Part shown: positions 49,298 to 60,453 of the stretch, one piece after another | Numbering within the stretch: the first letter of the stretch is position 1 | How the letters are laid out: each line of letters begins with the position of its first letter | DNA from: Candidatus Bathyarchaeota archaeon | Lineage (GTDB): Archaea > Thermoproteota > Bathyarchaeia > Bathyarchaeales > Bathycorpusculaceae | Assembly (NCBI GenBank): GCA_963827165.1 | Contig: CAWGZR010000005.1 | Span: 800,001 to 864,000 of the forward strand | Direction of reading: 5' to 3' | Length of the DNA: 64,000 nucleotides | Notes under the pieces: generated by a model | What the model saw: the letters and a program-made list of their open reading frames with translations, nothing else | Database searches by the model: none | Told to the model about the DNA's origin: nothing | Made by a program: the position numbers and the translations under genes

Positions 49298-50766
49298 TTA
49301 TTTATTCTCTATATAGGTTTTCTGGAGTTTCCCTGAGTAGTCAACGTAAACTGTTTTTAACTCAGTAAATTCCTTGATACCTTCTGGTCCATCTTCCCGC
49401 GTGTTTCCCGAATGTTTCACGCCGCCGAAGGGAAGGTGACATTCTGCGCCAATTGTTGGGCTGTTAACGTAGGTTAATCCTGCCTGCAGCTTGTTGATTG
49501 CGACAAAAGCGTTGCTTATGCTGTTGGTGTAGATGGAGGAGCTTAAGCCGTACTCCACGGAATTCGCAATTTCAATCGCTTCATCCAGGTTTCGTGCTGA
49601 GAAAATCGAGATTACTGGTCCGAAGATTTCTTCCTGAGCAATCCGCATGTTCACGGTGCAGTCAGTGAAGATTGTTGGTTCAAAAAAGTACCCTTTCAAA
49701 TCTTCAGGTATGCTGCCTCCGATCAGGAGCTTGGCGCCTTCTTTTTTCCCGATTTCCACGTATCTGCCTACTTTATCCTGAGCCGCTTTGTTGACCAAAG
49801 GTCCAAGATCGCTTTAGGGTCCAATCCGTTTCCAAGTCTTAGCCTGCGGACTTGTTCAACCAGCATAGCTTCAAAGGGTTCTTTGATTTTCTCGTGAACT
49901 ATCACTCTGGAGCTGGCTGTGCATCTTTGCCCTGAAGTTTCGAAGCCGCCCCATAGAACCCCGTTAACCGCCAGCTTAAGGTCCGCGTCATCCATAACGA
50001 CAATCGGGTTTTTTCCGCCCATCTCAAGATTCAACCGTTTAAGCCCGGCTTCCCTCAAGATGGTCGCGCCTGTATCTTTGTGCCCTGTAAAACTGATTAC
50101 TCGCACACGTTTATCCTTAATCAAAGCCATCCCGACCGTTTCGCCTGGTCCAGTAACCAAGTTGAGCACACCTTTCGGGATACCTGCCTTCTCCATCGCC
50201 TTTACAAGCTTGGTCGCGCAAAGCGGCGTGTCGGATGCAGGCTTGAGCACGGCGGTGTTTCCGCAAAGAAGAGAGTAAAAGACTTTTTTGGCAGGGATAG
50301 CTATCGGAAAGTTCCACGGGGAAATCAATCCTGCCACGCCGATCGGTAGCCGCACAGTCATCGCGAATTTGTTTGGTTTCTCTGATGGCGCGGTGTATCC
50401 GAAGAGCCTTTTGCCTTCGCCTGCAGCGTAGAACCCGACGTTGATTGCTTCTTGAACATCGGCGGTTGCATCAAGTAGCGTTTTACCCATTTCACGGGTC
50501 ATGATTTGAGACAGTTCATCTTTGTTTTCGCTGAGCAACTGGGCAGCCTTGAAAATGTAGTCGGCACGTTTGGGCGCTGGCGTATCTGACCAAGCTTTAA
50601 AGGCTTTTTCGGCTGCATCAACCGCCTTCATGGCGTCAAGTGCATTTCCTCTTTGAAATTCCCCAATAACCTCATTTGGGTCTGCAGGGTTCATTCTTGT
50701 GAAAGTTTCACCTGAATCTGAATTTACCCATTCGCCATCTATGAACAATTGATATTTCGAAACCAT
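49298..50766 (-). CDS. NAD(P)-dependent aldehyde dehydrogenase; frameshift near 49810
   Basis: PWNFP, LKPA, FTG, LEMGGKNP, GQRC, EEIFGP, PFGGVK. Confidence 0.92.
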
Positions 50767-50942
50767 ATTAACCACAACACGAATTGGGCCCTCAAAAAAA
50801 GAGGCGTAAGTTAAGCTCCTTTCTTGATTGTTTTGGGTCAATTCATAGAATGGTAAATGCCATTATTAACCTCTTCGAAATGCAGACTTAAGAAAAACAA
50901 TTTCTTATGCCGCGAGAATTATATTAAGCGAGGCTTAAAGCA

Positions 50943-51560
50943 GTGCAGGGTTACATTGGGATTCTGAATATGAGTCTGGGAATTTTAGGCATTGGGAGCC
51001 GAACCCATCGTCACCTGAACTTGCTGCTATAGTTGCCGCAGGGTTAATCGATAAGAACTGCCCGGATTCTGGATATCGGCTGCGGAGGTGGATTGGACGC
51101 AATTTTCTTGGCGCGCAAGGGTTCAGTGTTGCTGGAGTCGACTTAAGCAGAAGGCACTTAAAATCGGCAAGAAAAGAGCCAACAAAGCGCAGTTCAAGTT
51201 GACTGGATAGTTGGAAGTGCTTTTAATTTGCCCCTTAAGGATGATGTCGTCGATTTCGTAGTTGACCGCGGTTTATTTCATGTGATAGAAGATGACGATA
51301 GACCACGGTATAGTTCTGAATTATTCCGTGTCATGAAACCTTCTGGGTCGGTCGTGATTAGGGGCGCAAGCAGCGAGGTGCGTCAAGACCGTTTTAACCC
51401 CGTAACGGAGCAAGCTATCGATAAGGCCTTCAGGAAATCAAAGTGGCGTCGAGGGGAGGTTGTACCTTCGTCGCTTTCTTCTTGTGCGGGAACCATCGAC
51501 GCCCGCATTGTAATGCTGAGAAAGTCTAGAAAAAATTTTCGCCAGCGGGCTACTCGTTAA
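50943..51560 (+). pseudogene. Class I SAM-dependent methyltransferase with several frameshifts
   Basis: WDSEY...W, ILDIGCGGG, GVDLS, DRGLFH motifs in different frames. Confidence 0.7.
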
Positions 51561-51801
51561 GTTGTTTTTTCGATGATTTACGTTGCCCTTGTATTCTGAC
51601 GCTGTACCATTTCCAAATCTTGTCTGCCGCATCTTCAGAATATCCAGATTCAGCGAGCCTTCTTTTGAACGTTCGTTGAGTGGGCGCCCTTTGTTTTTTG
51701 TTGACTTGCTGCTGTTGCATATGCTTTCAGTTGGATGAAAAATAATAAAGGTTGCGAATCTTGAATCAAATTTGTAGACGTGTACAACAAAAATACAGTT
51801 G

Positions 51802-53304
51802 TCAAACCCTGCCCGTGTCCTTGGTCAACTCTGCAAGCCATGCGATTTTGTTCTCTTCAAACTGCCCTTCCGATACTCTCCACTCCCAGTTATGCAGCAG
51901 CCGGCTCGGATAATTCATTCTCGCCTCTGAACCAAGCCCTAAAATATCTTGAAGCGCGAGGAGGCAGAGCTTCGCCTTTGACTTCAGGGCAAGCTTAACG
52001 AATTCGATGTGGATTTCTTCTTCTGAAACCCGTTTGCCCAAGGTCTTGAAAACGCGATTTTTCTGCTCCTTAGATGCTTCGTCGCAAAACCATCCCCTTA
52101 CAGTGTTTGTGTCATGCGTTCCAGTGAAGACCGCCGAGTTGTAAATCTGGTTCTTCGGCAAGTTGGGGTTGACCTCTGAATCATCGAAAGCGAAAATCAA
52201 TACACGCATCCCCGGGATTCTTGTGCACTTCAGATTTTGGCGGACGGCTTCGGTGACCCTGCCCAGATCTTCAGCGATGAAAGGCAACTTTGGAAAGTTC
52301 TGTTTTAATGCGGAGAAGAAGCTTTTTGACGGCGTTTTTATCCACCTTCCCTTTTTAGCGGTTTTCGCCGCCGCTGGAATTTGCCAGTAAGCCGTGTAAC
52401 CGCGGAAATGATCCAGCCGAAGAATGTCGACAAGCCGCAAAGTGTGGCTTGCTCTTTTCATCCACCAACCAAAAGCAGTCTTCTTCATTTCACGCCAGTC
52501 GTACACAGGGTTTCCCCATCGCTGCCCAGTTTGGCTGAAATAATCAGGCGGCACACCCCCCACAAACCCCGGGTGCTTGTGCCCATTCAACTTGAAGAGT
52601 TCAGGGTGAACCCAAACATCGGCGCTGTCATCGCTCACATAAAAGGGTAAGTCGCCAATCAAACTAACTTTTTTGACTCTGCAACAATTCACCAGAGCGT
52701 TTAGCTGCGCAAAAAAAACAAACTGCGCAAACTTTTCTAGCTTCACAAGGTCTTGCAGCTCCAACTCTTTACGCTTCAAAGCATCGGGGTTTCGGTCACG
52801 AAGCAGCTTTGGCCAAAGATACCACGGTTTCTCGGCCTTATCCATTAGCGCTGCATAAAGAGCGTAATCGTTAAGCCAATCAGAGTTTTCTGTACAGAAC
52901 TTTTCGAAGCCTCGCCTCGAAATCTCGCCGAGGCCCCGCTTAAAGTTGCAGTACGCTTTCTTTATCATCGCTTTTTTCGCTGCGGTCACAGCCTCGAAAT
53001 CGACTCGGCCAGCAGGAAGCGTCAGTGTATCGCCGTTTTGGCCGGAAAGTAGGCATTCTTTAACCAGCAGTTCGGGGCTGATTAGCAAGGTGTTGCCTGC
53101 AAAAGCCGAGGTTGACTGATAGGGGGAGTTTCCGTTTTGGATGGTTGTCGGCGTTAACGGGAGAATATGCCAGTAACCCTGGTTAGTCTGTGAGAGCAAA
53201 TCGACAAAGCGGTAACTGGATGGACCCAAATCCCCGATTCCAAAGTCTGATGGCAACGAAGTGACGTGGACAAGAATACCGCTTGCCCTCTCCAAAATGG
53301 TCAT
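51802..53304 (-). CDS. malQ: 4-alpha-glucanotransferase (GH77)
   Basis: SPY.S.SAFAGN, GVPPDYFS.TGQ.WGNP, RLDHFRG, AEDLG, THD. Confidence 0.96.
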   Translation of the reverse strand: MTILERASGILVHVTSLPSDFGIGDLGPSSYRFVDLLSQTNQGYWHILPLTPTTIQNGNSPYQSTSAFAGNTLLISPELLVKECLLSGQNGDTLTLPAGRVDFEAVTAAKKAMIKKAYCNFKRGLGEISRRGFEKFCTENSDWLNDYALYAALMDKAEKPWYLWPKLLRDRNPDALKRKELELQDLVKLEKFAQFVFFAQLNALVNCCRVKKVSLIGDLPFYVSDDSADVWVHPELFKLNGHKHPGFVGGVPPDYFSQTGQRWGNPVYDWREMKKTAFGWWMKRASHTLRLVDILRLDHFRGYTAYWQIPAAAKTAKKGRWIKTPSKSFFSALKQNFPKLPFIAEDLGRVTEAVRQNLKCTRIPGMRVLIFAFDDSEVNPNLPKNQIYNSAVFTGTHDTNTVRGWFCDEASKEQKNRVFKTLGKRVSEEEIHIEFVKLALKSKAKLCLLALQDILGLGSEARMNYPSRLLHNWEWRVSEGQFEENKIAWLAELTKDTGRV

Positions 53305-55967
53305 AGGCTAACCTCGCTGGAAACAAGCAGCGCCACCGGGAAAACGCTGAGCAAATCGGCAACACGCAACCCCCGGTTTCGGTTCATTTCCGGCAAGAAA
53401 ATGTTTCCCGACAAAACGTCCGTCCAGCTTTTCTGCGAATCGTTGGGGAAACAAACGGTGGTATCTTCCCAAACCTCTCCCAAAGGCAAACGTTCAACCC
53501 CGCCCGTCACAGTTGCTACGAAACGCGGTGCAACAACCATAACGTATTCTTCAGCTTTTTTTCTGCAAAACGCAACCACATCATCGCCAAAGGCGCCTTT
53601 AACATTGAGTGGAACGTACTCGCCCTCCCAAAAGACTTCTCTTCGGCGCCTTCGCAGCTTAAGAGCTCGATTAATTAAGTAGAGTTTGGCTTTTGCATTG
53701 CTAAAATCGTCAAGCAGACTTCGGGCTTTTGCGGGATCAAGCCTCTCCACCTCATCAAGCATCACTCCTCTTTTAATGTAGTTTACTGGCCTTCGATTAT
53801 CGGGGTCAACCATGCTCAGATCCCAGAGCTCTGCGCCTTGATAAAAATCAGGCATGCCCGGGCAAGCCATCTTGAGCAGTGTTTGCGAAAGCGAATTGAA
53901 AAAACCGTAGAAGGCAACTCTTTTCTGAAACGCCATAAAATCACGCCAAAATGCATTTCCATCGCTGTCTTCCAGTAGTTGCGAAACAAACGACGTTAAC
54001 GCCTCCTCATATTGCAAGTTGGGTCTAAGCCAGCTGCTGTTTACTTTGGCTTCCCTCACCGCCTTCACCATATGCGACTTTAGCCTTTCGGCAAAATCTA
54101 GTCTCTCCTCAGCTTCGAATGGGAACGAGCCGATAAGCGTTTGATAAAAATAGTACTCTTCGTTTTTGCTTGGTGCAAGCTTACCGTTGACCTTTTCTTT
54201 CTTTTCGGCATTCAACCTCGACCAACACGCAATTTGACGATCGAATTCAGCGGTAATTTCGCTTAGCACATTCAGTCTTGCCCTGCAATCTTCTCCTCGC
54301 TTTGTGTCATGCGTGCTTGAAGCGTTTAAGGACAAGGGAAACTTTGTTTGACGTGAAATTTGAAGGTCGTTAAAACTCTCCGTCGAGCACCCAAACCGAG
54401 CCGGGTTGCCCCCTACCTCGTTAAGCGAAATCAGGCGGTTGAAACGGTAAAACGCGGTGTCCTCATACCCCTTAGCCATAACCGAGCCACTGTACTGCTG
54501 CAACCTCAAAATCCAGGCTAAAATATCCTCGGGCAACGGGTTTTTCTTACAAAGGTCAGCCACAGCAGTTAATTCCTCTTCGAGATCTCTGTTTCTTTGC
54601 TTGGCAACTTCAAAAGCCACCTTCAACCGGCGTCTGCTTTCGTTCGAAGTGACTTCACTACTGAAGTATGTTCGATAAACGGGCAACGCGGAAAGAAGCT
54701 CAATCACAACTCCATAAGCCGCTTTCCTTGAAATTTTCTGCCGCTTTGTTTTCTCCATGGCTTGAAGCAATATACGCGCGAGGTTTTCTGCATCGCCACG
54801 AAACAACGTTTTAATTACTGTTTTTTTGCATTTACATAGAACCTCATCCAACGTTTCTTTTTTGCACGTAAACTTTCGGTAAACCTCGTCTAATTTCGAT
54901 TCATTTTGGGTTGCAATAAAAAGCCCGTTCACCTGATTGATAAAATCGTACCCCGTGGTTCCTTGAACATCCCATGTCGCAGGCAACTCCTCGTCATCAA
55001 GCAGAATCTTCTCAACTATAACGTAGGCTTCGGGGCAAATTTTTCTTAGCCGTTGCAAATACTCTTTGGGTTCACGTAATCCATCGATGTGATCCACCCG
55101 TAGCCCATCCAAGTTGCCCTTCGAGCAATGCCGCCTTACAAGTCGATGAGTGGCTTCAAAGACGTTTTCATCCTCCATTCGTAAGCAAATCAAGTCAAGA
55201 ATGTCGAAGAAACGTCGGTAATTGATTATATTGTACGCTGTCTTCCAGTTTTCCAGTGCATAAATCTGTTGGGAGAGCAATTCTTCTATAAGTACAGGGT
55301 CTCGGTTGGTCCACTCTATTTCACGCTCAACTATGTCCTTCACCTTTTTGTCCGAGATGTAAAGGTGTTGCAAGTCTTGGTAGAGTTCCTGTTCATTCTT
55401 TGTAGACGACAATAGAGCCTGATACGTTTTGGGCAATATGTCTTTGTATGAGCCGATTTTGACCGGAAACTCCATTTCCCCATACTTAACCTTGAAACCG
55501 TCTTGCCAGGCCAGGGACAGCTTCCCTTCTCGCACGGCTTCCCCTAAGCCTTCCGAGAGGATGGGCGCGAGAACTCTTCTTCTGAGTCTCCGAGAAGGGT
55601 GATTCCAGTCAACATCTAAGAAGTCGCTGTAAGCGGAGCTGGACCCGTAACTCATAACGTCCGACATTATGGTGCTTTCAGGTGTGTAGGCTATATGGTT
55701 TGGGACTATGTCTTGTATCCAGCCAAGCCCCAGCCGATGAGCCTCCTCGAGCAGGGTTTCAAATGCTTCTTGTCCGCCAAGTTCTTCGCTAATTCTGCTA
55801 TGGTCGGTAGTATCGTATCCGTGCTTGCTTCCCCGCCTAGCCTGCATTATGGGTGAGGCGTAAACGTGTGATACGCCGAGCTTCGCCAAATACGGAAGCG
55901 TTGTCTTGAGGCTGTCGAAGTTGAATTCTTTGTTCAACTGTACCCTGTAGGTTGCCGTCGGTTTCAA
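53301..55967 (-). CDS. treY: Malto-oligosyltrehalose synthase (GH13)
   Basis: ATYRVQL, GSKHGYD, DIVPNH, NYRRFFD, RVDHIDGL, VEKIL, THDTKRGED, VDPDNRRPV. Confidence 0.96.
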   Translation of the reverse strand: MKPTATYRVQLNKEFNFDSLKTTLPYLAKLGVSHVYASPIMQARRGSKHGYDTTDHSRISEELGGQEAFETLLEEAHRLGLGWIQDIVPNHIAYTPESTIMSDVMSYGSSSAYSDFLDVDWNHPSRRLRRRVLAPILSEGLGEAVREGKLSLAWQDGFKVKYGEMEFPVKIGSYKDILPKTYQALLSSTKNEQELYQDLQHLYISDKKVKDIVEREIEWTNRDPVLIEELLSQQIYALENWKTAYNIINYRRFFDILDLICLRMEDENVFEATHRLVRRHCSKGNLDGLRVDHIDGLREPKEYLQRLRKICPEAYVIVEKILLDDEELPATWDVQGTTGYDFINQVNGLFIATQNESKLDEVYRKFTCKKETLDEVLCKCKKTVIKTLFRGDAENLARILLQAMEKTKRQKISRKAAYGVVIELLSALPVYRTYFSSEVTSNESRRRLKVAFEVAKQRNRDLEEELTAVADLCKKNPLPEDILAWILRLQQYSGSVMAKGYEDTAFYRFNRLISLNEVGGNPARFGCSTESFNDLQISRQTKFPLSLNASSTHDTKRGEDCRARLNVLSEITAEFDRQIACWSRLNAEKKEKVNGKLAPSKNEEYYFYQTLIGSFPFEAEERLDFAERLKSHMVKAVREAKVNSSWLRPNLQYEEALTSFVSQLLEDSDGNAFWRDFMAFQKRVAFYGFFNSLSQTLLKMACPGMPDFYQGAELWDLSMVDPDNRRPVNYIKRGVMLDEVERLDPAKARSLLDDFSNAKAKLYLINRALKLRRRRREVFWEGEYVPLNVKGAFGDDVVAFCRKKAEEYVMVVAPRFVATVTGGVERLPLGEVWEDTTVCFPNDSQKSWTDVLSGNIFLPEMNRNRGLRVADLLSVFPVALLVSSEVSL

Positions 55968-55970
55968 AGT

Positions 55971-58409
55971 TCAGTCAAGCCTTAATCCAATTGATTCGCA
56001 GAGTTTTTTGAAAGCTGAAACCCATTTTTGGTCGTCGGGGTTATTGGAGTCTTTTAACGGTTTGTAGCGTCCTTGAATTAGCTCGTAAGCCGTGTTCTGG
56101 GCGTTCCACAAATCAAGCTTAAACGGCAATTCCCCGAGGGTTCTGAAAAGTTTGTCGATCTTTTCTAGTGTCGTAATATCGGAATTCTGCTCCTTCAACT
56201 TTTTGAATTCCTTGGCGACCCGCTCGCTGGCTTCCAAGCCTATCAACTGCTGGTCAAGCTGTATCACAAGGCTCTTCGCTTCCGAAATCAGCTGGCTCAG
56301 CGTTTCCACCTCGGTTTCTTCGTCCACAAGTAACTGCTTAATTTTCGCGTTTAGCACAATTTCGGTTGCGCTCCTAAATGGTTTCGGCTGCGGGATCCTT
56401 GCTTCATTCATGAATCGCAGCAAAGCCGTGTTGTCGCGGTAAATTATCTCGTTTAGTTCCGTCGCCTTCTTCAACGAATCTTGTATGATGAAGTTTATGA
56501 TGCGTATCTGATCATCTTTGAACATATCTTTTAGCGAGTAATTATGTGTTGAAAACTTCTGCGAAATTAACAGCATCGTTTCGTTAATTTGTCCTTTCTT
56601 GAAGCTTTCTAACACCTCGTTCATTAATCCTTGGAAAAGCGTATCGTCCATGTTTAATCGTACGCCGCAGAAAATATTGTGGTCCCCAAGCCAAACGGCG
56701 GCGCAGGCGACCCTGACTTCATCAAGAGTTATGGCTGACTGCACACGGGAATGGCTGACCGTCAAACGGAATTTGCCAGCCTCCCGATTCTCAATTTGTG
56801 TATGAGCGATGGTGAAACACGATTCGAATTCCTCGATTTTCGCGTTCGAGTCGGTTTTTTTATCATCAAACAGCTGCAACATAGCGCCCTGCGCGGCTGT
56901 TCTTGGTAGGTCAACCACCGCCTGCTTAACAAACATCCCGTAAACTTTTGCCCCATTCTCGAATTCAGGAACGTTGCTAGGCGCCTCCTTTAGCATCTGT
57001 AGATACCTATCTTCAAAATCCAGACCGAGCGCTTCACGAGTCAACTGCATAGCCCTAGCCGCATACATCATCACCTGCACCGTCTCTATTCCAGAAATTT
57101 CATCAAAGAACCACCCACAGCTCGTGAACATAAGCATGGCTTGACGCTGAATTTCCAAAAGCTTAATCACTTGTCTCTTCTCGTTAACGCTTAGTTCCCG
57201 TTTCGCATGCTCAACCAAGAAACCGTCAATCTTATCTTTGGACCTGTCAAGAACCACCTCTACATAATCGTTCCGTGCAGCCCATGGGTCCTTAAGATAC
57301 TTCATTGCTTCAGCCTCAAAATTTGGGGCAATCTCATCCCTCAAAACATTCATTGCGTCGCGCAGGGGTTTTCTCCACGCCTGTTTCCAGCCTGGTCTTC
57401 CGGTATTGTCGCCGCAGTCGCTCCGCCATCGCTCCACACCGTGAACGCAGCTCCATGAAGTGTTTTCTTTGATTTCAACTAAGAATTCAGGTGGAAATTT
57501 TTCCAGGAATTCAGCGTAATTGGTTATTTTTGCTAGGTTTTTTGACTCCAGATTGTATATGCAATAAGCAAGGCTCATGTCGCCGTGTGGATGATGGTGA
57601 CCGTACACTTCGCCGTCACTTGCGATAATAGATATCTCCGCCTTCTTGTCGGGTTCATCCTTGAAGCTTTCCATGAGTTTGTTTGCGAACGATTCGCCGT
57701 TTGAAAGCAAATCTCCGAAAGAGGTAAGAGAAGATTTGAACTGGTCAAAGAAGAAAATACTTATAGATTTTCCAGATGGCAGTTTGCACAGGTAGGCTCT
57801 TCTCGGGTCGATTTTTCCCTCCTGTACGTCCATCCAGTCTTTGTCGTCCATTTTTTTGATGCGGAGGGCTTGGTGAGGCGCCAGTATGGTAAATTTGATG
57901 TTATTTTCCGCTAAGGTCTCAAGAGTTTCAATGTCAACACCTGTTTCAGGAAGCCACATCCCCTCGGGGTCCCTTCCGAAACGGATCTTGAAGTCTTTTA
58001 TTCCCCATTTAACCTGAGTTTCTTTGTCCCTTTTGTTCGCAAGCGGCATAATCATATGGTTGTACACTTGAGCCATGGCTGACCCGTGACCCGAACGGTT
58101 CTTCATGCTTTCTTTGTCGGCTTCAATTATGGCTTGATAGAGTGCGGGCTCATGCGATGCAATCCAGTATAAGAGAGTAGGTCCGAAGTTGTAACTGATT
58201 TTCGAATAATTGTTTACTATGCCGATTACGCGCCATTGGGAATCCATGATGCGTGCAACCGAGTTTGGGGCGTAGCATTCAGCCGTTATCCGAGTATTCC
58301 AATCATGATAAGGGTACGCGGATTCTTCAAATTCAACTTCTTCTAGCCAAGGGTTTTCCCGTGGAGGTTGATAGAAATGGCCGTGGATACAAATGAATTT
58401 TTCAGTCAC
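55971..58409 (-). CDS. GH57 glycoside hydrolase with DUF3536
   Basis: HGHFYQPPRENPW, WLPET, DGE.YGHH, WSC.HGVERW, MFTSCGWFFD. Confidence 0.93.
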   Translation of the reverse strand: MTEKFICIHGHFYQPPRENPWLEEVEFEESAYPYHDWNTRITAECYAPNSVARIMDSQWRVIGIVNNYSKISYNFGPTLLYWIASHEPALYQAIIEADKESMKNRSGHGSAMAQVYNHMIMPLANKRDKETQVKWGIKDFKIRFGRDPEGMWLPETGVDIETLETLAENNIKFTILAPHQALRIKKMDDKDWMDVQEGKIDPRRAYLCKLPSGKSISIFFFDQFKSSLTSFGDLLSNGESFANKLMESFKDEPDKKAEISIIASDGEVYGHHHPHGDMSLAYCIYNLESKNLAKITNYAEFLEKFPPEFLVEIKENTSWSCVHGVERWRSDCGDNTGRPGWKQAWRKPLRDAMNVLRDEIAPNFEAEAMKYLKDPWAARNDYVEVVLDRSKDKIDGFLVEHAKRELSVNEKRQVIKLLEIQRQAMLMFTSCGWFFDEISGIETVQVMMYAARAMQLTREALGLDFEDRYLQMLKEAPSNVPEFENGAKVYGMFVKQAVVDLPRTAAQGAMLQLFDDKKTDSNAKIEEFESCFTIAHTQIENREAGKFRLTVSHSRVQSAITLDEVRVACAAVWLGDHNIFCGVRLNMDDTLFQGLMNEVLESFKKGQINETMLLISQKFSTHNYSLKDMFKDDQIRIINFIIQDSLKKATELNEIIYRDNTALLRFMNEARIPQPKPFRSATEIVLNAKIKQLLVDEETEVETLSQLISEAKSLVIQLDQQLIGLEASERVAKEFKKLKEQNSDITTLEKIDKLFRTLGELPFKLDLWNAQNTAYELIQGRYKPLKDSNNPDDQKWVSAFKKLCESIGLRLD

Positions 58410-60243
58410 TATTTTTCGCCTTCTCAGAAATCATATAAACCGCCACACTTAGCGGACAAATTTTATGCTCATCGTTGAATCTTGCTTGGGATGGAAGAAC
58501 CGAGCCAGGTCCGTCCCATTCGATATCGGCGGAATCAAGCACCTTTACATATTCTTTTTCCGGACCTGGAAAACGGTATTTTTCCTCACAATTGCTAAAA
58601 TTGGCAATCATGACTGCACAGGAACTTGACGTTAGTTCTTGAATTGCCAAAAGCTTTGTCTCTTCAGAAATAGAAAACTTCAATTTGACGAAGATAGCGC
58701 ATTTTTCTTTGTTTTTCTTTAAGCTGATTAATTTCTTGTAGTAAGATAGGATTTTTTCGCCTTTCTTATTCCGCCTTTTTTGCCAATCTATTTTTGATGT
58801 CAAAAACGTCAACGGACTCTCGGAATCCACTGGCGTTTTTTTCCAACCATTTTTTATAGCCTCTTTTTTTCTTCCGATCTGGACTTTTTTCGTAAGTGTT
58901 TTATCGGTGTAGTCTGTGAAAAAGAGGAAGGGCGTGTCTTCTCCGTATTCTTCGCCCATAAAGAGGAGCGGCGTGTAGTTGGACATGATTATGATTGCCG
59001 AGGCAACTTTAGCTGCTTCGAGACCCGCAAGTTTAATCAGACGCTCCCCGCGGGGTCTATTCCCTATTTGGTCATGGTTTTGCGAAAACACAACTAGTTT
59101 AGCAGGGGGAATTTTAGATGCAAAGGTGTACTTGGTTTTCTGTGTTCGCAAAGGCTTGGTACAGCATTCATTGAAGCCGGTGCGCAAAGTTTCCGCCACA
59201 TTAAGCGTTGACCCGAAAGGTGCATAATACCAATTATTTTCTCCTGTAAGCAATGAATGGAGCGAATGGTGAAGGTTGTCATGCCAAGTAGCATCCAACC
59301 CGTAGCCGCCGTGTTTTCCATCCTCTAACATTTTTTCGTTAACATGGTCGTTTTCAGCGATAAGTAGCAGTCTTCTGCCAACTTTCTCTGAAAGACTCTC
59401 AACTGTTTCGGAAAGCTCTTTTAGAAAATGTTTTGGGCTCTTATCGATTATGGCGTACACAGCGTCCAATCGTAAACCATCTAAATGGTAGTTTTGAAGC
59501 CAATGAACCGAGTTTTCTATGAAGAAATTTCTAACGCCTAAATTTTGCGGGCCGCCAAAGTTTATTGCGGCGCCCCATGGAGTTTTGGCGTCGGAGAGGA
59601 AGTATGGTCCAAAATCTTTTAAAAAATTGCCTTCTGGACCCAAGTGGTTATAAACAACGTCCAGAAAAACGGCAATACCCTTGGAATGGAACTCTTCGAC
59701 GAGCCTCTTTAGCTCATCGGGGTCGCCGTAGGTGTTCTGGACGGCATAAGGGAAAACTGCATCGTATCCCCAGTTGTATGCGCCTGAAAACTGGGCGACA
59801 GGCATTAGCTCTACAGCGTTAATTCCTGTTTCAGCAATCTCGGCGGCTCTTTTTCCCGTTGCGGCGAATGTTCCCTCTTTTGTGAAGGCTCCTACATGCA
59901 ATTCGTACATGACTAGCTCTTCAAGAGGTATCCCATGCCAATCGTTGTCCTTCCAAACGAATGATTCATGGTCGATGATCGCTGAGGGTCCAAAGACACC
60001 TTCGGGCTGAAAATGCGCGGCCGGGTCGGGTCTTTCCGTTTCGCCGTTGAGACAATAAAAATATTTTGTGTTGGGCTTGATTCCCTTGATTGTTAAATGC
60101 CAATACCCATCGGGGGTCTTTTTCATACACAGAGTTTCTTTCTTATCTGGCAAAGTTGTCGACAAGTCATTTAAGTTTGGAGCCCACACTGTGAAATTGC
60201 AATTGTCTTCAGTAAAATTTGCTCCAACCTTCACTTTGTTCAC
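58402..60243 (-). CDS. treZ: Malto-oligosyltrehalose trehalohydrolase (GH13)
   Basis: VWAP, YELHVG, WGYD, DVVYNHLGPEGN, RLDAV, QNHDQIGNR, FMGEEY. Confidence 0.95.
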   Translation of the reverse strand: MNKVKVGANFTEDNCNFTVWAPNLNDLSTTLPDKKETLCMKKTPDGYWHLTIKGIKPNTKYFYCLNGETERPDPAAHFQPEGVFGPSAIIDHESFVWKDNDWHGIPLEELVMYELHVGAFTKEGTFAATGKRAAEIAETGINAVELMPVAQFSGAYNWGYDAVFPYAVQNTYGDPDELKRLVEEFHSKGIAVFLDVVYNHLGPEGNFLKDFGPYFLSDAKTPWGAAINFGGPQNLGVRNFFIENSVHWLQNYHLDGLRLDAVYAIIDKSPKHFLKELSETVESLSEKVGRRLLLIAENDHVNEKMLEDGKHGGYGLDATWHDNLHHSLHSLLTGENNWYYAPFGSTLNVAETLRTGFNECCTKPLRTQKTKYTFASKIPPAKLVVFSQNHDQIGNRPRGERLIKLAGLEAAKVASAIIIMSNYTPLLFMGEEYGEDTPFLFFTDYTDKTLTKKVQIGRKKEAIKNGWKKTPVDSESPLTFLTSKIDWQKRRNKKGEKILSYYKKLISLKKNKEKCAIFVKLKFSISEETKLLAIQELTSSSCAVMIANFSNCEEKYRFPGPEKEYVKVLDSADIEWDGPGSVLPSQARFNDEHKICPLSVAVYMISEKAKNSD

Positions 60244-60453
60244 CTATTTTTCTTATAACTTTGGATTAGTTGGCTTCTTGAGCCTCGATTAATGTTTCGG
60301 TGCCTAACAATGCTGAAAATAAAATTTACCCGTCAAAAGACCGTAATACAAACTTAAAAGCCCAAAAGCTTAACAAACATTATTATCTCCGAACAACGAT
60401 ATTAAAGTTTGTTGTGCCCAAGTCATGGCACAAAGTTTTGAGGTATTTTTTTT

